Assembly: GCA_043228905.1 (NCBI GenBank)
Contig: JBHGNT010000005.1
Span: 21,080,001 to 21,144,000 of the forward strand
Reading direction: 5' to 3'
Source of the DNA: Azolla caroliniana
Lineage: Eukaryota > Plantae > Polypodiophyta
Length of the DNA: 64,000 nt
A model generated the notes under the pieces. The model saw only the letters and a program-made list of their open reading frames with translations. It did not search any database and had not been told where the DNA came from. Made by a program: the position numbers and the translations under genes. Positions within the stretch are counted from its first letter, which is position 1, and every line of letters starts with the position of its first letter. Below are positions 25,577 through 39,800 of this stretch, one piece after another.

Positions 25577-27290
25577 TGCCAAGCTTTAATAGGAAGGGAT
25601 AATATGGATATAATTTGCAAGAGATTTGGGTTAATTAAGATGAAAGAGCCAAATTCTAGTGTTAGTCATAGTGATAACTAATAATGAGTACACCGATGGT
25701 TAACAGAAGGATTGGGTCAGTAGTTTCTAGTTTTAATGTTTGTATTTATTAATTTAATTATGTGATATTATTCATTTACCTTAGGTTCATATAGTAGTAT
25801 GTATTCTCATGTTATTTGAAACGTGCCACAACATGATTTTAAACCTAGTCCCACTACTATCTCATTATCATTTTAAATTTCAATATTTTACTCATTTTAA
25901 TGCTAAAAAGAAAATATTCATAATAAATTTCATTTAGAGTAGCCTTATTAATGCTAGAAACAAGCACTACAAAAGCCTCCAATTTTCCCAAATTGTGCTT
26001 ATTTCAAATTGTGGTTTGGGGTCCATCATGATTCTAAATCTGATCTTACTACTATCTCATTTTAGTTTTTAGATTTGATACTATATCAAGTTTTTAATAA
26101 GCATGTTTCTTTCTGTACTTCAAAGTAACTTGTGATGTAGAATAGAAAATTAAAAGTTTCGTGTTGTTCAAGGAGTGCCTTAAAAAATTGATTGAGATAT
26201 ATTCAATATTGTTGACACAACTTGAGAATGAAATGAAACAATGTAAGTAACCTCATTTTGAATAAACGAATGCATAAATAAGATTGAGTGTCAGTATGCA
26301 TTTAAAAAGGAGAAAATGAATACCATGATCTAAGTGAAATGTATAATATCTTCACAACAAAGTTATGGGTTGATATATCCAATGGTAATGTGATTTCCAA
26401 TTTCCCATCTTGTAAGTCATGGGACAAGCAAAGAATGTACAAAATATAGATGCATATGAATTGAAAGAGAACGGATGGAAATCCAAAAACATCGTTATTT
26501 ACGAAATCTTGAAGACAAATACAAAAACATCTAACTATTCTGAATGTCATGTGGTTGTAATGTGATTTTTGAGCAAAAATATAAAGAAATAGTTATAAAT
26601 ATTCATTGTGTCGAAAAGGAAAAGAAAAGGACCTGTCTTCCTTTACTATTGTTGTAGCTCCTATGGAAGATAGTCTATCATGGCTTTATCTCAACCTTTC
26701 CCTACTTGATCAAATTAGAGTGTGAGAAGAAGAAAGTAGGAGGAACAAAGACAAAGGTCTCATCAATCATCTTTAGTTAAACTTTGATAGATTATAATAT
26801 CATAGCTGAAAAAGACAAGAAAGGGTAGAGAAAGAGAGCAAGGAAGGAAGCTTCATCAACATTGAGGAGAGGACAAAAGAACAGGAGAACAACAATGGCC
26901 CAAGCAGCTATGATGGTGGAAGGATCCCAAGAATCGCGTCTCGATTTTCAACCTACTTCAGCTATCTGAGCAAAAAGAACTAAAGATAAGAACCAAAGTA
27001 TTTATTAAGCCGACAATTAGAATTTAGAAAAAGGGCTCATTACCGAAAGGTACATCTTTTATGTATAGCCTTAGGGTGTTTCTTAATACTAATGTTGTAT
27101 CCTATTTTAGGGAAATATACAAAAACATCTACATATATTGGAAATGGCAATGAGAGTTCTTTAATACCCAATATTGCAGAGCAATCTTCAACATTTAGGG
27201 TGCATATAGAGTGTGAAAATAAGGTTTTCTCTCTCTTTGGTGAAATTCCTATTCTATGTAAAATGGTCAACTAAACAAAGAGGACCATAA

Positions 27291-28932
27291 TGAAAATCGA
27301 GCCGGCCACAACTGGTCGATATGAATGCAAAAGTTAGTGCAAATGGAAAAGTCGACAGTATACAGACAACCGAAAAACAGAAATACAGAGATACAAGTGT
27401 TTTACGTGGAAAACCCGAAAAAAGGGAAAAACCACGAGGGCCTACAACCCCAAGAAACAAATCACTATATAGAGAGAGGAATACAAGGAGACTTGCAGGC
27501 ACAAACCTCGAGCTCGTCTAACAGATGGCGGTAGAGTTACAACTCTCACTCTCTCTCACACTCTAGTTACAAAGGCAACTACCAACTATAACTTTTACAA
27601 CTATACAACAATGATCATCCTCATAACATAATGATTGCTTTAGATGTATTTATACTAATACAACATTCAGGGCTATTTACAAATATTTCCCACAAGGGCA
27701 CATTAGCTCTATTTATCAATATAGCCCTAAGTAGACTTCAACCGATTCGGCTGTTAGCCGAATCGATTCAGATTCAATTTTTGGCCACGACCGAAACAAA
27801 CAATTGGTTTGATTTTTTGGCCGATTCAGTTCTCCCATTTCTTCGACTCGTGCTCCTCTTCCCATTCGGAGGAACTAGTTTTCCCAACAAACTCCCCCTT
27901 CACTCCGACATGGGGTACTTCACTAGTTCGACCCGTCTTCGCCACGCTTCTAGCTTCTCTGCCGACAACACCTTTGTTAGCATGTCCGATCCATTCTCAG
28001 TTGTGTGGATCTTCATCAGAGCAAACTCCTTTTCTTCTACTCGCTTTCAGTGTGCCTATGGTATCTCGTCTAGATGTGCTTGGTCCTCGAGTGGTAGGCG
28101 GCATTCTTCGCAAGGTGGATGACCCTTTGGTTATCGCAATAGAGTCCGAATTCTTCTTGCCAAATTCCCAACTCACCGATAAAATCCTTCCTCAAGATTA
28201 TCTCCTTGCCGGCTTCCGCTACGACCATATACTCAGCTTCCATGGTTGACAACGCCACGGCTGTTTGCAACCTCAACTGCCACGACTCCCCCTGCATAAA
28301 TCATTACGTATCTGGATGTGGATCAACTGGTTCCACATAAGCCGACATGTCCGAATCCGTATAATCTTCCAATGTGGGGTTACTTGAGCCGAATCGAAGG
28401 CACACACTTGAGGTGCCTTTCAGGTACCGAAGTATCCATTTGACTGCAACCGAATGCTCTCTTCCGAGATTGCTCATGTATCGGCCGACGACTCTGATTG
28501 CATATCCGATGTCCTGCATGGCACAAACCATCACATACATCAGGCTTTCGACTGTTGAGGCATAGGGGACCTTATTCATCTCAACTTTCTTCATCTTCAA
28601 CTTCGAACATTGACTCCCAGATAGCTTGCTGGTTGTTAGTAGTGTCGGACTAACCGGTTTCGCATTTTACATGTTGAACCTTTGGAGCACCTTTGTCACA
28701 TATTTCTCTTGTGACAACCATAGCAATATCTTTGTTCCATCCCGAACAATGTGCATTCCTAGGGTTCCATTTGCTCAAGGCCTTCTTCAAACTTTTGATT
28801 TTCTTTGAGTCCTGTCTGAAAATTAGCTTGTCATCAACATACAACAAGAGGATGAGAAAGTCTCCTCCATCATATTTCTTCACAAAGACACAATGATCGC
28901 TTGTGTCTTGTTGAAGCCGTGATCCACCATGA
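27291..28932 (-). mobile_element. 3' part of a Ty1/copia element (copia-3): 3' LTR 27291-27889, PPT, RNase H and RT end
   Basis: LTR ends TTCCCAACA followed by a PPT. HSRTKHI, VALSTMEAEY and LYVDDK motifs. Cut at 28933 by another LTR. Confidence 0.9.
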
Positions 28933-29059
28933 TGTTAGGATCTAGATCAGCCACAACCGGTATCACACGTGGTTCGGGTGCAAAGAATCGAGATAAATAG
29001 GACATAGACAGAAAATGAGAAGGTAGAAAACATGTATAGACACACAAGATCCTTTATGT
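28933..29059 (-). repeat. Fragment of the copia-4 3' LTR
   Basis: TGTTAGGATCTAGA..CTTTATGT aligns with 47172-47299; interrupted at 29060. Confidence 0.85.
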
Positions 29060-30759
29060 TGTCATGAAGATTTTCGGCAACACTGTAAAAATTGTGAGGA
29101 ACGGACAAAATCGAGAAGGTGTGATATGCACATGTGAAAGGGGCGATGGTCATACACGTACGTTATCATGTTGAAAATAGGATTGAAATGAGAATTAGAT
29201 AAGAAAGGCTAGATTTAAGGTTAAACATGTGCAGGAATGATGTGCGCTCAAACATTTGTAAATATAAAAATAAAACTAAAGCCTAATAACATTTGTGTGC
29301 ATACAAAGAGACGCAAGCAAGGTTTGAACCTTGCACCTCCAAGATAGGAGATAAATTGACTTACCACTAAAGCTACTACTAAGAGCTTTAGATTTTTCAC
29401 ATTTTCATTTCATACTCGGTATTCCATAGTTAACAAACATATAACCATGTGCACAAAACCATGGTTTAGCCCATGGTTTTAGACCGTGGTTTTAGCCCAT
29501 GGTTTTTGCATGGAGAGACCTATAAAAGCCTCTAGTTGGGCTTGTGTAGGGGGGAAAACTATGTCTTGAAGGAAGAACCTTTTAATAAAGATCTAGTTAT
29601 CTTATTGGTGATGTATCTTGTCTCTCAAAATTGAAGTCAAGGGTTCAATCTCTCTCTCTCTCTCTCTTAATTACTTTCTCACCAAAGCTAGTACAAACTT
29701 CGAATCCTTCTGGTCCAGGACCCCGATGGTCTCACTTCATTTCACGAACACACAAGGATTTCCTCAACATTTTTCTTGGTGAACGGACGTGAAGAAGCAG
29801 TAGGAAGGATCAAGACGAGGATTGACCGATACTTGGAGATGGCATCCTCAAGCAATGAAGTGGGAGAGTTCGAAAGGATGATGATAATAGTCAAGAAACG
29901 GTTCGGCCCATGAGGGTTGATGTCGAAGATCCCGCTCGAAAGACAAGAACTATGCCTACCTATAAGCTAAGGTCGAACATAGAACAGAAGACAGATCTGA
30001 AGAAGATTCTCGAGGAACGTGTTCTTGATAGCCACGTGACCTTGTCCTTGAGGGAATTGCTCAGCATTATGAAGAAGGAGTTCCATGATACGATCGTGGA
30101 CCTCGTAAAGAGAAAAAGGCAATTGTCGGACGAGGAAGAAGAGAAACCACTAAAAGCAAAAGCAAATGCCATAACGATGGCAAGGGACGAAGTCGATGAA
30201 GATATGGTGGATAACTATTATACTCGGCCTCAATGGGCACGAGTGACGACGGAGACGCTAGTAAAGTTGGTAGAGAGAAAAGAGATAGTCGTAGCTTTAA
30301 TAGTCCATGGGTCCGAGATCAACCTTATGTGAACTGAGGTCCACAAAAAGGGAAGATGGCCCATAAATACGAATCGTGGGTGGAAGATCCGTGCGGAAAT
30401 GAAAGCTACCGAAGACTTGTATGGTGCATGTCCTAATACCCCTGTCACGATTGGCGGTGTCGAGATAGATCAACATTTTTTTGTGAACAAGATTCGGCAT
30501 CCTATCCTATCATTCCTGGGCAACTGTACATAACATCGTCCCTATGGATCGAGAATGGTTCGGTTTAGGCTTTGACGGTTTGGCCTGATCCAAGCCAAAC
30601 TGGCTAAGCCTTTTGGGGATCTCAAACCTGAACTGAACCGGTTCACAAACTGGTTTAGGCTACACCGGTTTGTGAACCAGTTTGGTAAATGGCTTAGAAA
30701 CTAGTTTCCAAACCGACTTGGAAACCAGTTTGGAAACCTCCCCCTCTCTCTCTCTCTTA

Positions 30760-32088
30760 GATGATCCACTATATAGTATACATTGTATAAGCTCTCCCTC
30801 CCACTCTCTCCAAAGGAAGAATGTGTTGAAGAAGTTGCCATTGGGAATGTTGTGATTATGCTTTTGCTATATGCAGATGATGTAGTGCTTTTTGCAAATA
30901 CTTTAGGAGATGCACAAAAGCTTATGAAGTCATTGGAAAAATTTTGCGTGCATACTAAATTAAGTGTCAATAGCTCTAAAACAAAGATTATGTTTGTGAA
31001 GAGCCAAAAAAGAGATAAACCATGCATTGTGTACAACAATGAGCCACTTGAATGTGTGGAAAGCTTCAAATATCTTGGCCTTGAAGTTCCTTCAAATCAT
31101 AGATGGAATGAATGTGCTACATGCCGCTTAGAGGCGGGTAAGAGAGCATACTATGCATTTGAGAACACATGCAACCTTGGAGATATTAAGTGTTTGTTCC
31201 TCAAGAAATATCTTTTCGACACTTTGGTGACACCGGTTCTTCTCTATGGGGTGGAAGTATGGGGCAGTAGCATCCCTAAATCTATGTGGAAAGAGTTTGA
31301 AAATGTCCAAAAACATTTTCTTACAAAGTTTCAACAAGTTAAAAAACAAACACCCCACACCCTCCTCCTCCTTGAGATGGGATCACTTCCCATTGAGACC
31401 ATGGCCATGGAAAGGGTTGTTGAATACATGCTTAAGGTTCAAAAAGGTCCCTCACATCGACTTCCTAGAATTGCGTGGGAAGCAAGCAAAAAGATCCAAA
31501 AGACGCATAAAAGCAAAATTTTGTGTTCTAGTTGGATGAAAGATATAGAAAAATGGTTTGGTAGATGGGATGCGAGACACTTGCTTCATGATGCATCATT
31601 AGATTCCTCTATAAATGAGGCCTTTTTGCAACGCCAATGTATCATGACATGGGACAAATGTGGAGGCTCGCGCTTCACACATTATACTACACATGTTGCA
31701 CCTAACTACAATACCATATTCTTTGCGGAACAGGGAAATTGTACACATCGATACATGTTAGAGCCCATACCGTTATCTACCATTCAAACCATTGCTTCCA
31801 TGAGACTTAGCTCACATGCATTGCGATGTGAAACAAGGCGTTGGGGCACAAGTGATGAGAGTGGTCGGCTATGCACACTTTGGCCTAAACAAGTTCGCGA
31901 GTCTAAGTATCACACTTTGATACAATGATCTGCCTTTGATCATATTCGACCATGCTTTCCACATCTCTTCGACCGAGCCCAATCTTTGCATGAATTCCTC
32001 TCACAACCACAATGTGCACTCTCGATTGCAACATTCATTGGTAAAGTTCTTGAACATCGAGAGTCACTACTCACTTTCACACGTATCG
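30760..32088 (+). mobile_element. 5'-truncated non-LTR retrotransposon (RTE-like LINE A): RT C-half and C-terminal domain
   Basis: ORF 30783-31928 with LLYADDVVL, FKYLG, LLYGVEVWG, RLSSHALRCET.RW; preceded by (CT)n. Confidence 0.88.
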
Positions 32089-34335
32089 CAACCTTACTAC
32101 AAAAAAGCTAAGATGTATGCAAAGGAAGTGGAGAACCATTTGTTAAATTTTTCTCTAAGCAACTATGTTAAAGAGAATTGGCAACGTTTGAAGGATATAA
32201 TCCTTAAGGTTGGATATCTATGCTTTAAGAGACATGTGGGTGGGCATACGGTGTGTAGTTTTCCATGTAATTCTTGGTTTGACGATGAATGTAAGATGTA
32301 TCTCAAATGGTTTAAGTTCATAGAAGGGGTGAATGAAAATATGGTTGCATGGCACATATACAAGAAACTAGTGAGGAGAAAGAAAAGAAGATATTTCCAA
32401 ATGCAAGAGATGAAAAAGAAAAACTTGTTTAAACTCAAACCAAAATTAGCATGGGGACAACTCAAGGGTAAGAAAGAAGATGTGAAAGGTCACTTTACAA
32501 ATGAAGAGATGCTAGACTATGTACAAAGGTTATATATGCATGAAGGTGTGGCTCCTATGGTTGAGAAAATTGAAACTCCATGCAGTACATGTATCGATAT
32601 TGATGATGTCAATAAGGGAATAAAGAAGATGGCAAGTGGGAAAGCAACATATTAAACCTACGTCTGAAGTGAGCTTTTAAAATGGACAATGCGACACACT
32701 CGTCATTGGATAATGAGAATTTTAGAGCAAGCTATAAAACAAGGATTTGCAAATGATTGGCTTATGAATTGGATTAAACCAATATTTAAAGCCGGAGACA
32801 GGAATCAAGTATCAAAATATCGTACAATAATGGTGAGCTCAACTATTGCTAAATTCTATAGCACTATTATGGAGCAAAATATAAGCACATGGGCTAAGAG
32901 TACAAGCAAAAGAGCACTTGGGCAAGCCGGATTTAGACCAAAACACTCCACCGTGGATCATTTGGTCACATTAAGAGTAATCATGGAAGAGAGTCAACTA
33001 CAAGGAAAAACACTTTATTGTTGTTTTGTTGATTTCAAGAAAGCTTTTGATACCGTACCACGAAGTGAGCTTTGTAATAGAATGGTAGACATTGACATGC
33101 CATTAGCGTACCGAGTTGCGGTTGCACACCTATATGAACAAGTTAAATGCCAACTAAAAATGGATAGTGCATTCTCAAAGAACTTCTTAAGTAACATGGG
33201 GGTCAAGCAAGGATGTCCACTATCACCCACACTCATTGACTTATGTATTGATAAATTAGAAGAAGTGGTGAATAAGGTTGCAAGAGAAGAAGGATTGAAT
33301 GGCCCCAATTTGATGCAACATGTTATCTTATTGCTTCTATATGCAAATGATGTGGTACTCTTCTCATATGATATTGATAATATGCAACATTTACTTGGGG
33401 TATTAGAAGAATTTTGCCATAGTAGTGAACTAGTAGTGAATGTGGAGAAAACAAAACTGATGGTAGTGCAAACCATCCAACCTCATCATTACCCTATGCT
33501 CACATATAAAGGTGAACATATACAATTTTTTCAAAGCTTTAAATATCTTGGTATTGATGTACCCGCCACAAATAATGGAGTGCATGCTTTGATTCTAGAC
33601 TCCAAGCCGATTGGAAATCATATTACCTTTTCGAGAACCAATGCAACCAAAGTGATACTTGTGGATGGGAAGTAAAACTAATGTTGTTCAATGCCATGGT
33701 AACTCAAGTATTGCTTTATGGAGTAGAAGTATGGGGTGGCACCATCTCTCTTAATGCATGGAACGAGATTGAGAAAATTCAAAAGATGTTTTTAAGGAGG
33801 CAATTAGGAGTTAAATGCACTACCTCTTACCAGGTTATGCTCTTGGAAATAGGTGTTTGACCCATAGAAAGAATTTCTATCGATCGTATCCAACCTTATC
33901 TCATTACCAATATGAGTAGTAATGCTCGTAGAGTCCTTACACTACTTCGCACTTGATCTCAGAAGTTGGGTATTGAAGTTGCATCATGGTATCAAAATGT
34001 AATGAGTTTGAAGACATGTAAAGTATGCAATGAAGGCATGGTAGAGGATAAAAGTCACTTGCTCTTCACATGCTCGACATATAGTGCAATTCGTTCAAGA
34101 TATGTTGACATACTAAGAGGGAGTGATAACTTAAGTTCCATACTTAAGACACCATCTAGAAGGTTGAGCTTATATGTGTATGCTTTACTAGCACATTGAG
34201 ACTTTGTGCTTCAACGTATGAATACCCCTTCTTAGGAAGGAGACATATATCAAGAACACATGTATACTCTGGTCCCATAGGTCAAAATTAGCCTCTTTAT
34301 GGGTGATACAAATACTAATTCTAATTCTCTCTCTC
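32089..34335 (+). mobile_element. Second 5'-truncated RTE-like LINE (LINE B)
   Basis: SWFDDEC, QAGFRP, FVDFKKAFD, GVKQGCPLSP, LLYANDVVL, FKYLG, C-terminal CKVC..EDKSHLLFTC; ends in a short (CT)n. Confidence 0.88.
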
Positions 34336-34910
34336 CAGTTGGATGCAAGATATAGAAAAATGGTTTGGTAGATGAGATGCGAGACACTTGCATCATGATG
34401 CATCATTAGATTCCTTTGTAAATAAATCCTTTTTGCAATGCCAATGTATTATGACATGGGACAAATGTGGAGGCTCACGATTCACACATTATACTACACA
34501 TGTTGCACCTAACTACAAAACCATATTCTTTGCGGAATGGGGAAATCATACACATCGATACATGTTAGAGCCCATATTGTTATCTGCCATTTGAACCATT
34601 GCTTCCATGCGACTTAGCTTACATGCATTGCGATGTGAGACACGACGCTGGGTATAAGTTCGCGAGTCTGAGTATCACACTTTGATACAATGCTCTGCCT
34701 TGGATCATATTCGACCATGCTTTCCACATCTGTTCGACCGAGCCCAATCCTTGCATGAATTCCTCTCACAACCATAATGTGCACTCTCGATGGCAACATT
34801 CATTGGTAAAGTTCTTGAACATCGAGAGTCACTACTCACTTTCACACGTATCACGTGAAATGTAATATTTTTGGTCTCATAGGTCATATTTGACCTTCAA
34901 AGATGATAAT

Positions 34911-34966
<56 letters not shown>

Positions 34967-34975
34967 CCTCTCGCT
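34336..34975 (+). mobile_element. Second copy of the LINE A 3' end with (CT)n tail
   Basis: 34337-34853 repeats 31530-32088, then runs through the 3' UTR into (CT)n at ~34915-34975. Confidence 0.88.
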
Positions 34976-35654
34976 CTAAAGTTTCTAAATGGCTTAACCG
35001 GCTTGAGTCGGTTCGGCGAGGCTCAAGCCAAGCCAAGCCGCTAAGCCACTTTAAGCCGGTTAAGCCAAACGGTTTAGGCTTGAGCAGAGTTGTTGCCGAT
35101 CCCTAATCGTCCCGGATGGAAACAAAAGTGCTCGACAATGGTGCGGCATTTTCTCGAGTAAGGAGTCTTCATAGGAAGAAGAACGTAACGTTCTTGACTG
35201 TACGTGCCAACCACGAAAGGAATTAGGATAGTCTCGGAGAAGATGCTTCGGATTTTTAGGTCGGGCTATTTGCGAGTGGGGAGTGAATAGTCCAAACAAA
35301 GGTATGCCCCAAGAAGAAAGAAAAGTTCACGATTTTTTGAAAGGAGGGTTGTACGTAGACGAGTGAAAGCATGCGAGTGGAAACAATTAGCTATTTCCTT
35401 GACATAGCTAATTAGCTATGCAAAAAGCTACCATTGATAAATAGACATTTTTGCAAAAAGCTACCATTGATAAATTAGCTATGCAAAAAGCTACCATTGA
35501 AAATAGTAAAGAGTTTTAATTATATAAATGCAACATAAATTGATATGTGCACCATAAATTATATACCGAATTCCTCGGTCCATTATGCATGATCCTTTGC
35601 CACATCACATGGGCCATCTCTGGTTGAGTATTCTGTCTTAGATTACTACCACTG

Positions 35655-36680
35655 TTGCTAAACCCTATTGAGTTCACTCCTCCATTGCTGACATTCTACA
35701 CTTAGTTACCGGCTCTGTGCGGTCCAAGTATCATCTGCCACTGTTCGATTTGACAGAGTTCACTCCTCCATTGCCGCCATTCTACACTCCATTGCCACCA
35801 TTGTTTAGTGCAAGCATCATCTACCAAGTTCACTCCTCCATTGTTGCCACTCTACACTAAGTTGCCGCTACTATGAAGGTCGTATATTGCTGCCATTTTT
35901 CGATCTGAGGGAGTTAACCCCTTCTCCACAACCACCATTCTACTCTTAGTTGTCGTCACTGTGCATTCCAAGCATCATCTACCATTGTTCGATCTGACGG
36001 AGTTCACTCCTCCATTGCTATCATTCTACACTCAATTGTCGCTACTGTTCGATCCTGGATTGCTGCCACTTTTTGATTTGACAAAGTTCACTCATCCATT
36101 GCCATCAGTCTACACTTAGTTGCCACTAATGTTCAGTTGTGTATTGCTGCCACTTTTCGATCCAAGGGAGTTCACTCCTTTTGCACTGCCGCCATTGTAC
36201 TCTCAGTTGCCAACGCTATGCGTTCCAAGCATCATCTGACGGAGTTCACTTCTCCATTGCCATCATTCTACACTCAATTGCCGCTACTATTTGGTCCTGG
36301 ATTGCTGCCGCTTTTCGATTTGACAGAGTTCACTTATCCATTGCCATCATTCTAGACTCAATTGCCACTACTGTTCAGTTGTGTATTGCTGCCACTTTTC
36401 GATCCGAGGGAGTACACTCCTCCACTACTGCCATTCTACTCTTAGTTGTCGTCACTGTGCGTTCCAAGCATCATCTGCCACAGTTTGATCCGATGGAATT
36501 CACCCCTCCATTGCCATTGTTTTACACTCAGTTGCCACCATTGTTCAGTTCTGGATTGTCAAAACTATTCGATCAAACGGAGTTCATTCCTCCATTGCCG
36601 CCATTCTACACTTAGTTGCCGCCACTATTCGACCCTGGATTACCACCACTGTTCGGTCCTGGATTTCAATAACTATTCTG
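35655..36680. repeat. Degenerate minisatellite (GAGTTCACTCCTCCATTGCCGCCATTCTACACTCAGTTGCC.. units of ~70-85 bp) upstream of the transposase
   Basis: More than 10 recurrences of GAGTTCACTCC/CATTCTACACT. Confidence 0.85.
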
Positions 36681-36832
36681 TCTATTGATTATCTTGTGTA
36701 TTGTTGTGTATAATCTTGTGTATTGTTGTTGCCCATAGCCATCTATAATACACGTCTTTTTTTCGGGAAAATTAGGGTTAGACCCATCAAGCCAAATAGA
36801 AGGGGAAGGAGGGTGTTTAGAATTACCCCTCA

Positions 36833-39800
36833 ATGATCATCAGGATAGGGATGATGATATCAGGACACAACAAGCGATATGAAAGTATTGCGTTGAAAAA
36901 AAAAAGAAAACATCGTCAATTGTTGAAGGATACAAAAGCCACACTCACTAAAGGTAAAGATAGTATTGGTTGCGATATAGGTCTAAATATCACTGACAAT
37001 GGAAGTAATGAGACTACTATCATAGAGAGAAAGGTTGTTGACTATTTCAATGTTCAAACCAAGCACATCAGCAATGAAGACAAGAAGGTAGTACTTTATG
37101 GAATTTTAAAATTATGATCCATTGATAAAGGAGTTAGTTGATTGTGATGGTCTTAATGCAAACATAACATCTGTACTAGTAAATAATCTCTATAATAGTT
37201 TCATATCCATGAGCAGGTCAAAAGATGATCTTGTCTTAAAAAGGTCTAGGCTAATGATGTTACTTAATAGTGATGTTGATGATATTAACATCAGTGTGCT
37301 ATCTAAGGTAATTGGTGTTAGTAGAAATAGTGTGCACAATACATTGAACCGGATAGTTTCCTCGGGTGAAGGAACTAGTCTGCTAAAGCTAACAACAAGA
37401 TGTAAGCCAATGACACCCATAACATCAGAAATCAAGGATATAATCACAATATTTTGGACTAATGAGAGTAGGGTTTCGCCCAATAAGAAGGATTTATGCA
37501 GGAAACGTGTTGGAAGGAGTCAATACGAGGAGCATCCCATTCATCTTCTTGATGTACCTCAGGTATTTACATTCATCTCAACATTTGTTTTGACTTTTCA
37601 ACTTAGTTAGTTAGCTTATTAGCTACCTCCGAATATGACCATACCAGAATAGCTAATTACCTACCTCAGAATATGACCATAGCTAACTAGCTACTAGTAG
37701 TAGCTAATTAGTTACCAGAATAGCTAATTAGCTCCCTCAGAATATGACCATAGCTAACTAGCTACTAGTAATAGCTAATTAGCTACTAGAATAGCTAATT
37801 ACATACCTCAAAATATGACCATAGCTAACTAGCTACTAGTAATAACTTAATAGTGATTGTTAATAGCTAATTTAGATATTACCAGCTAATTCGCTACTAG
37901 AATAGTTAATTAGCTACCTAAGAATATCGAACATAGCTATTTAGCTACCACAATAACTAATTAGATGCCTATGACAATAGCTAATTAGCTACCAGACTAG
38001 CTAATTGCTGCTTATGAGTATAGCTAATTAGCTGCTTATGACAATAGCTAATCCCTTACTAGAATAGCTAATTAGCTACCTAAGAATATGAGCATAGCTA
38101 TTTAGCTACTAGAATAACTAATATACTGTGTATGACTATAGCTAATTAGCTAACTAGCTATTCCTAATAGCTAATTTAGTTATTACCAACTAATTAGCTA
38201 CTAGGATAGCTAATTAGCTACCAGTCATAGCAAATTAGCTAGCACCCACAACTAATTAGCTACCTAAGAATATGACCATAGCTATTTAGCTACCACAATA
38301 GCTAACTAGCTAACTAGCTAATTAGCTGCATATGACTATAGCTAATTAGCTACAAGATTAGCTAACTAGCTATTCACAATAGCTAATTTAGCTATTACTA
38401 GCTAATTACTTGCTAGGATAACTTATTAGCTACCAATCATAGCTATTTAGCTACTAGAATAGCTAATTAGTTGCCTATGATTATAGCTAATTAGCTACTA
38501 CAATAGGTAACTAACTATTCCCAATAGCTAATTAGTTATTACCAGCTACTTAGTTGCCATGATAGCTAATTAGCAACCAGAATAACTAATTAGCTACCAA
38601 TCATAACTATTTAGCTACCAAAATAGCTAATTAGCTGCCTATGACTATAGCTAATTACCTAACTAGCTATTCCCAATAGCTAATTTAGTTATTACTAGCT
38701 AATTAGCTACTAGAATAGCTTATTAGCTGCTATAATAGGTTTGGAGCATAGCTAATCAGCTAATCAGTATGTTCATTTTATTACGCAGGTCGATTTATTT
38801 ATTAGGTTCAGGCGAATGCATACAAATATCAAAGTTCAACTACGAACATTCGAGTCTCTTAAGCCACACTTTGTGAACGCTTGAAGGATCGATACACATG
38901 TTGTTGCATTTACCATGTACAAATGGGTTTTCTCAAGGAGTTTGTTAATCTACTACGTCACCATAACGCCTCCCTAACTAATGCAATTTGCACTTATGAG
39001 TGCCCAATTTGTCGATCGAGACCGCAAGAGCACTGTAAATCATCTGAGCATGTTATTTCTTCCATGAGTTGTCTTTTAGATTTAGTATTGTGTCCAAGAG
39101 AAACTGAGGCCATCTTCCATAGTCATAAATGTGTCATAGGTTTATGTCAAGATTGTGGACCTAGTAGTTTTAGGTGGTATTCAAATGAATTGAGTAGTGA
39201 AATATTAATCTCTGTCAAGTTATTTGAGTCAGTTGACACCAATTTCGAAGGAAAGGTGTGTAAAAGAAAGGATCTAGTCAGGAAGTCGCTTAAACCAAGG
39301 GATTTGGCGTCTCAATTTATAGTATCTCTAGGAAAGTTCATTAAACACAACTTCATTTATTCATGGCAAGCCCATTAGTTTAAGACTTGCATATCTGATT
39401 TTCCAAATGATGTAGTAGTCTCAGTTGTAGATTTTGCAAAGAATTATACTTTCAAGCAGCAGACTGAAATTCAATCTATGCATTGGTGTTTAGTGCAGAT
39501 AACTAACCATTCTTGTGCACATAACATATTTTCGAGTTTCAGGTGATGTTAAAAAAGTAATTCATTTTTTTATTTCTGATGATAAGAAGCATGATACCTT
39601 GTTCGTCCAACATTGTTTAAACTTACATTGGCAATGAGCTAAACGTTTGGAGCTTACTCAACATTGGGTCTGGTTTGACAGAGTTGCGTCACAATTCAAG
39701 GCTAGACGTCCATTTTATTTTGTGGGGAGGTATCCTGTTATAATAGATTTGGAGATGAGATGGATTTTTTTTGGGTTTGGCCAATGGAAAGGTGAACATG

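Larger units (their letters stand above)
30543..35105. mobile_element. Non-autonomous hAT element expanded by LINE insertions
   Basis: Perfect 8-bp TSD ATCGTCCC (30535-30542 and 35106-35113). TIR-like TATGGATCGAGAA / TTGCCGATCCCTA. AACCGG/TAAGCC subterminal repeats at both ends. Confidence 0.88.
29060..35360 (+). mobile_element. 5' part of a Ty3/gypsy-like element: LTR 29060-29769, tRNA-Trp-like PBS, deleted gag-protease; split by a hAT element
   Basis: TGTCATG..CTCAACA LTR; PBS TGGTGAACGGACGTGA at 29777. Protease-like ALIVHGSEINL..ILGQLYITSS continues as RMETKVLDNG after the hAT insertion. Confidence 0.78.

Noticed and set aside
29318-29376. Functional tRNA gene
   Set aside because: No convincing acceptor or anticodon stems; kept only as a tRNA-derived motif.
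36137-36688. ORFs of 72-158 aa
   Set aside because: Products of the minisatellite with no domain features.
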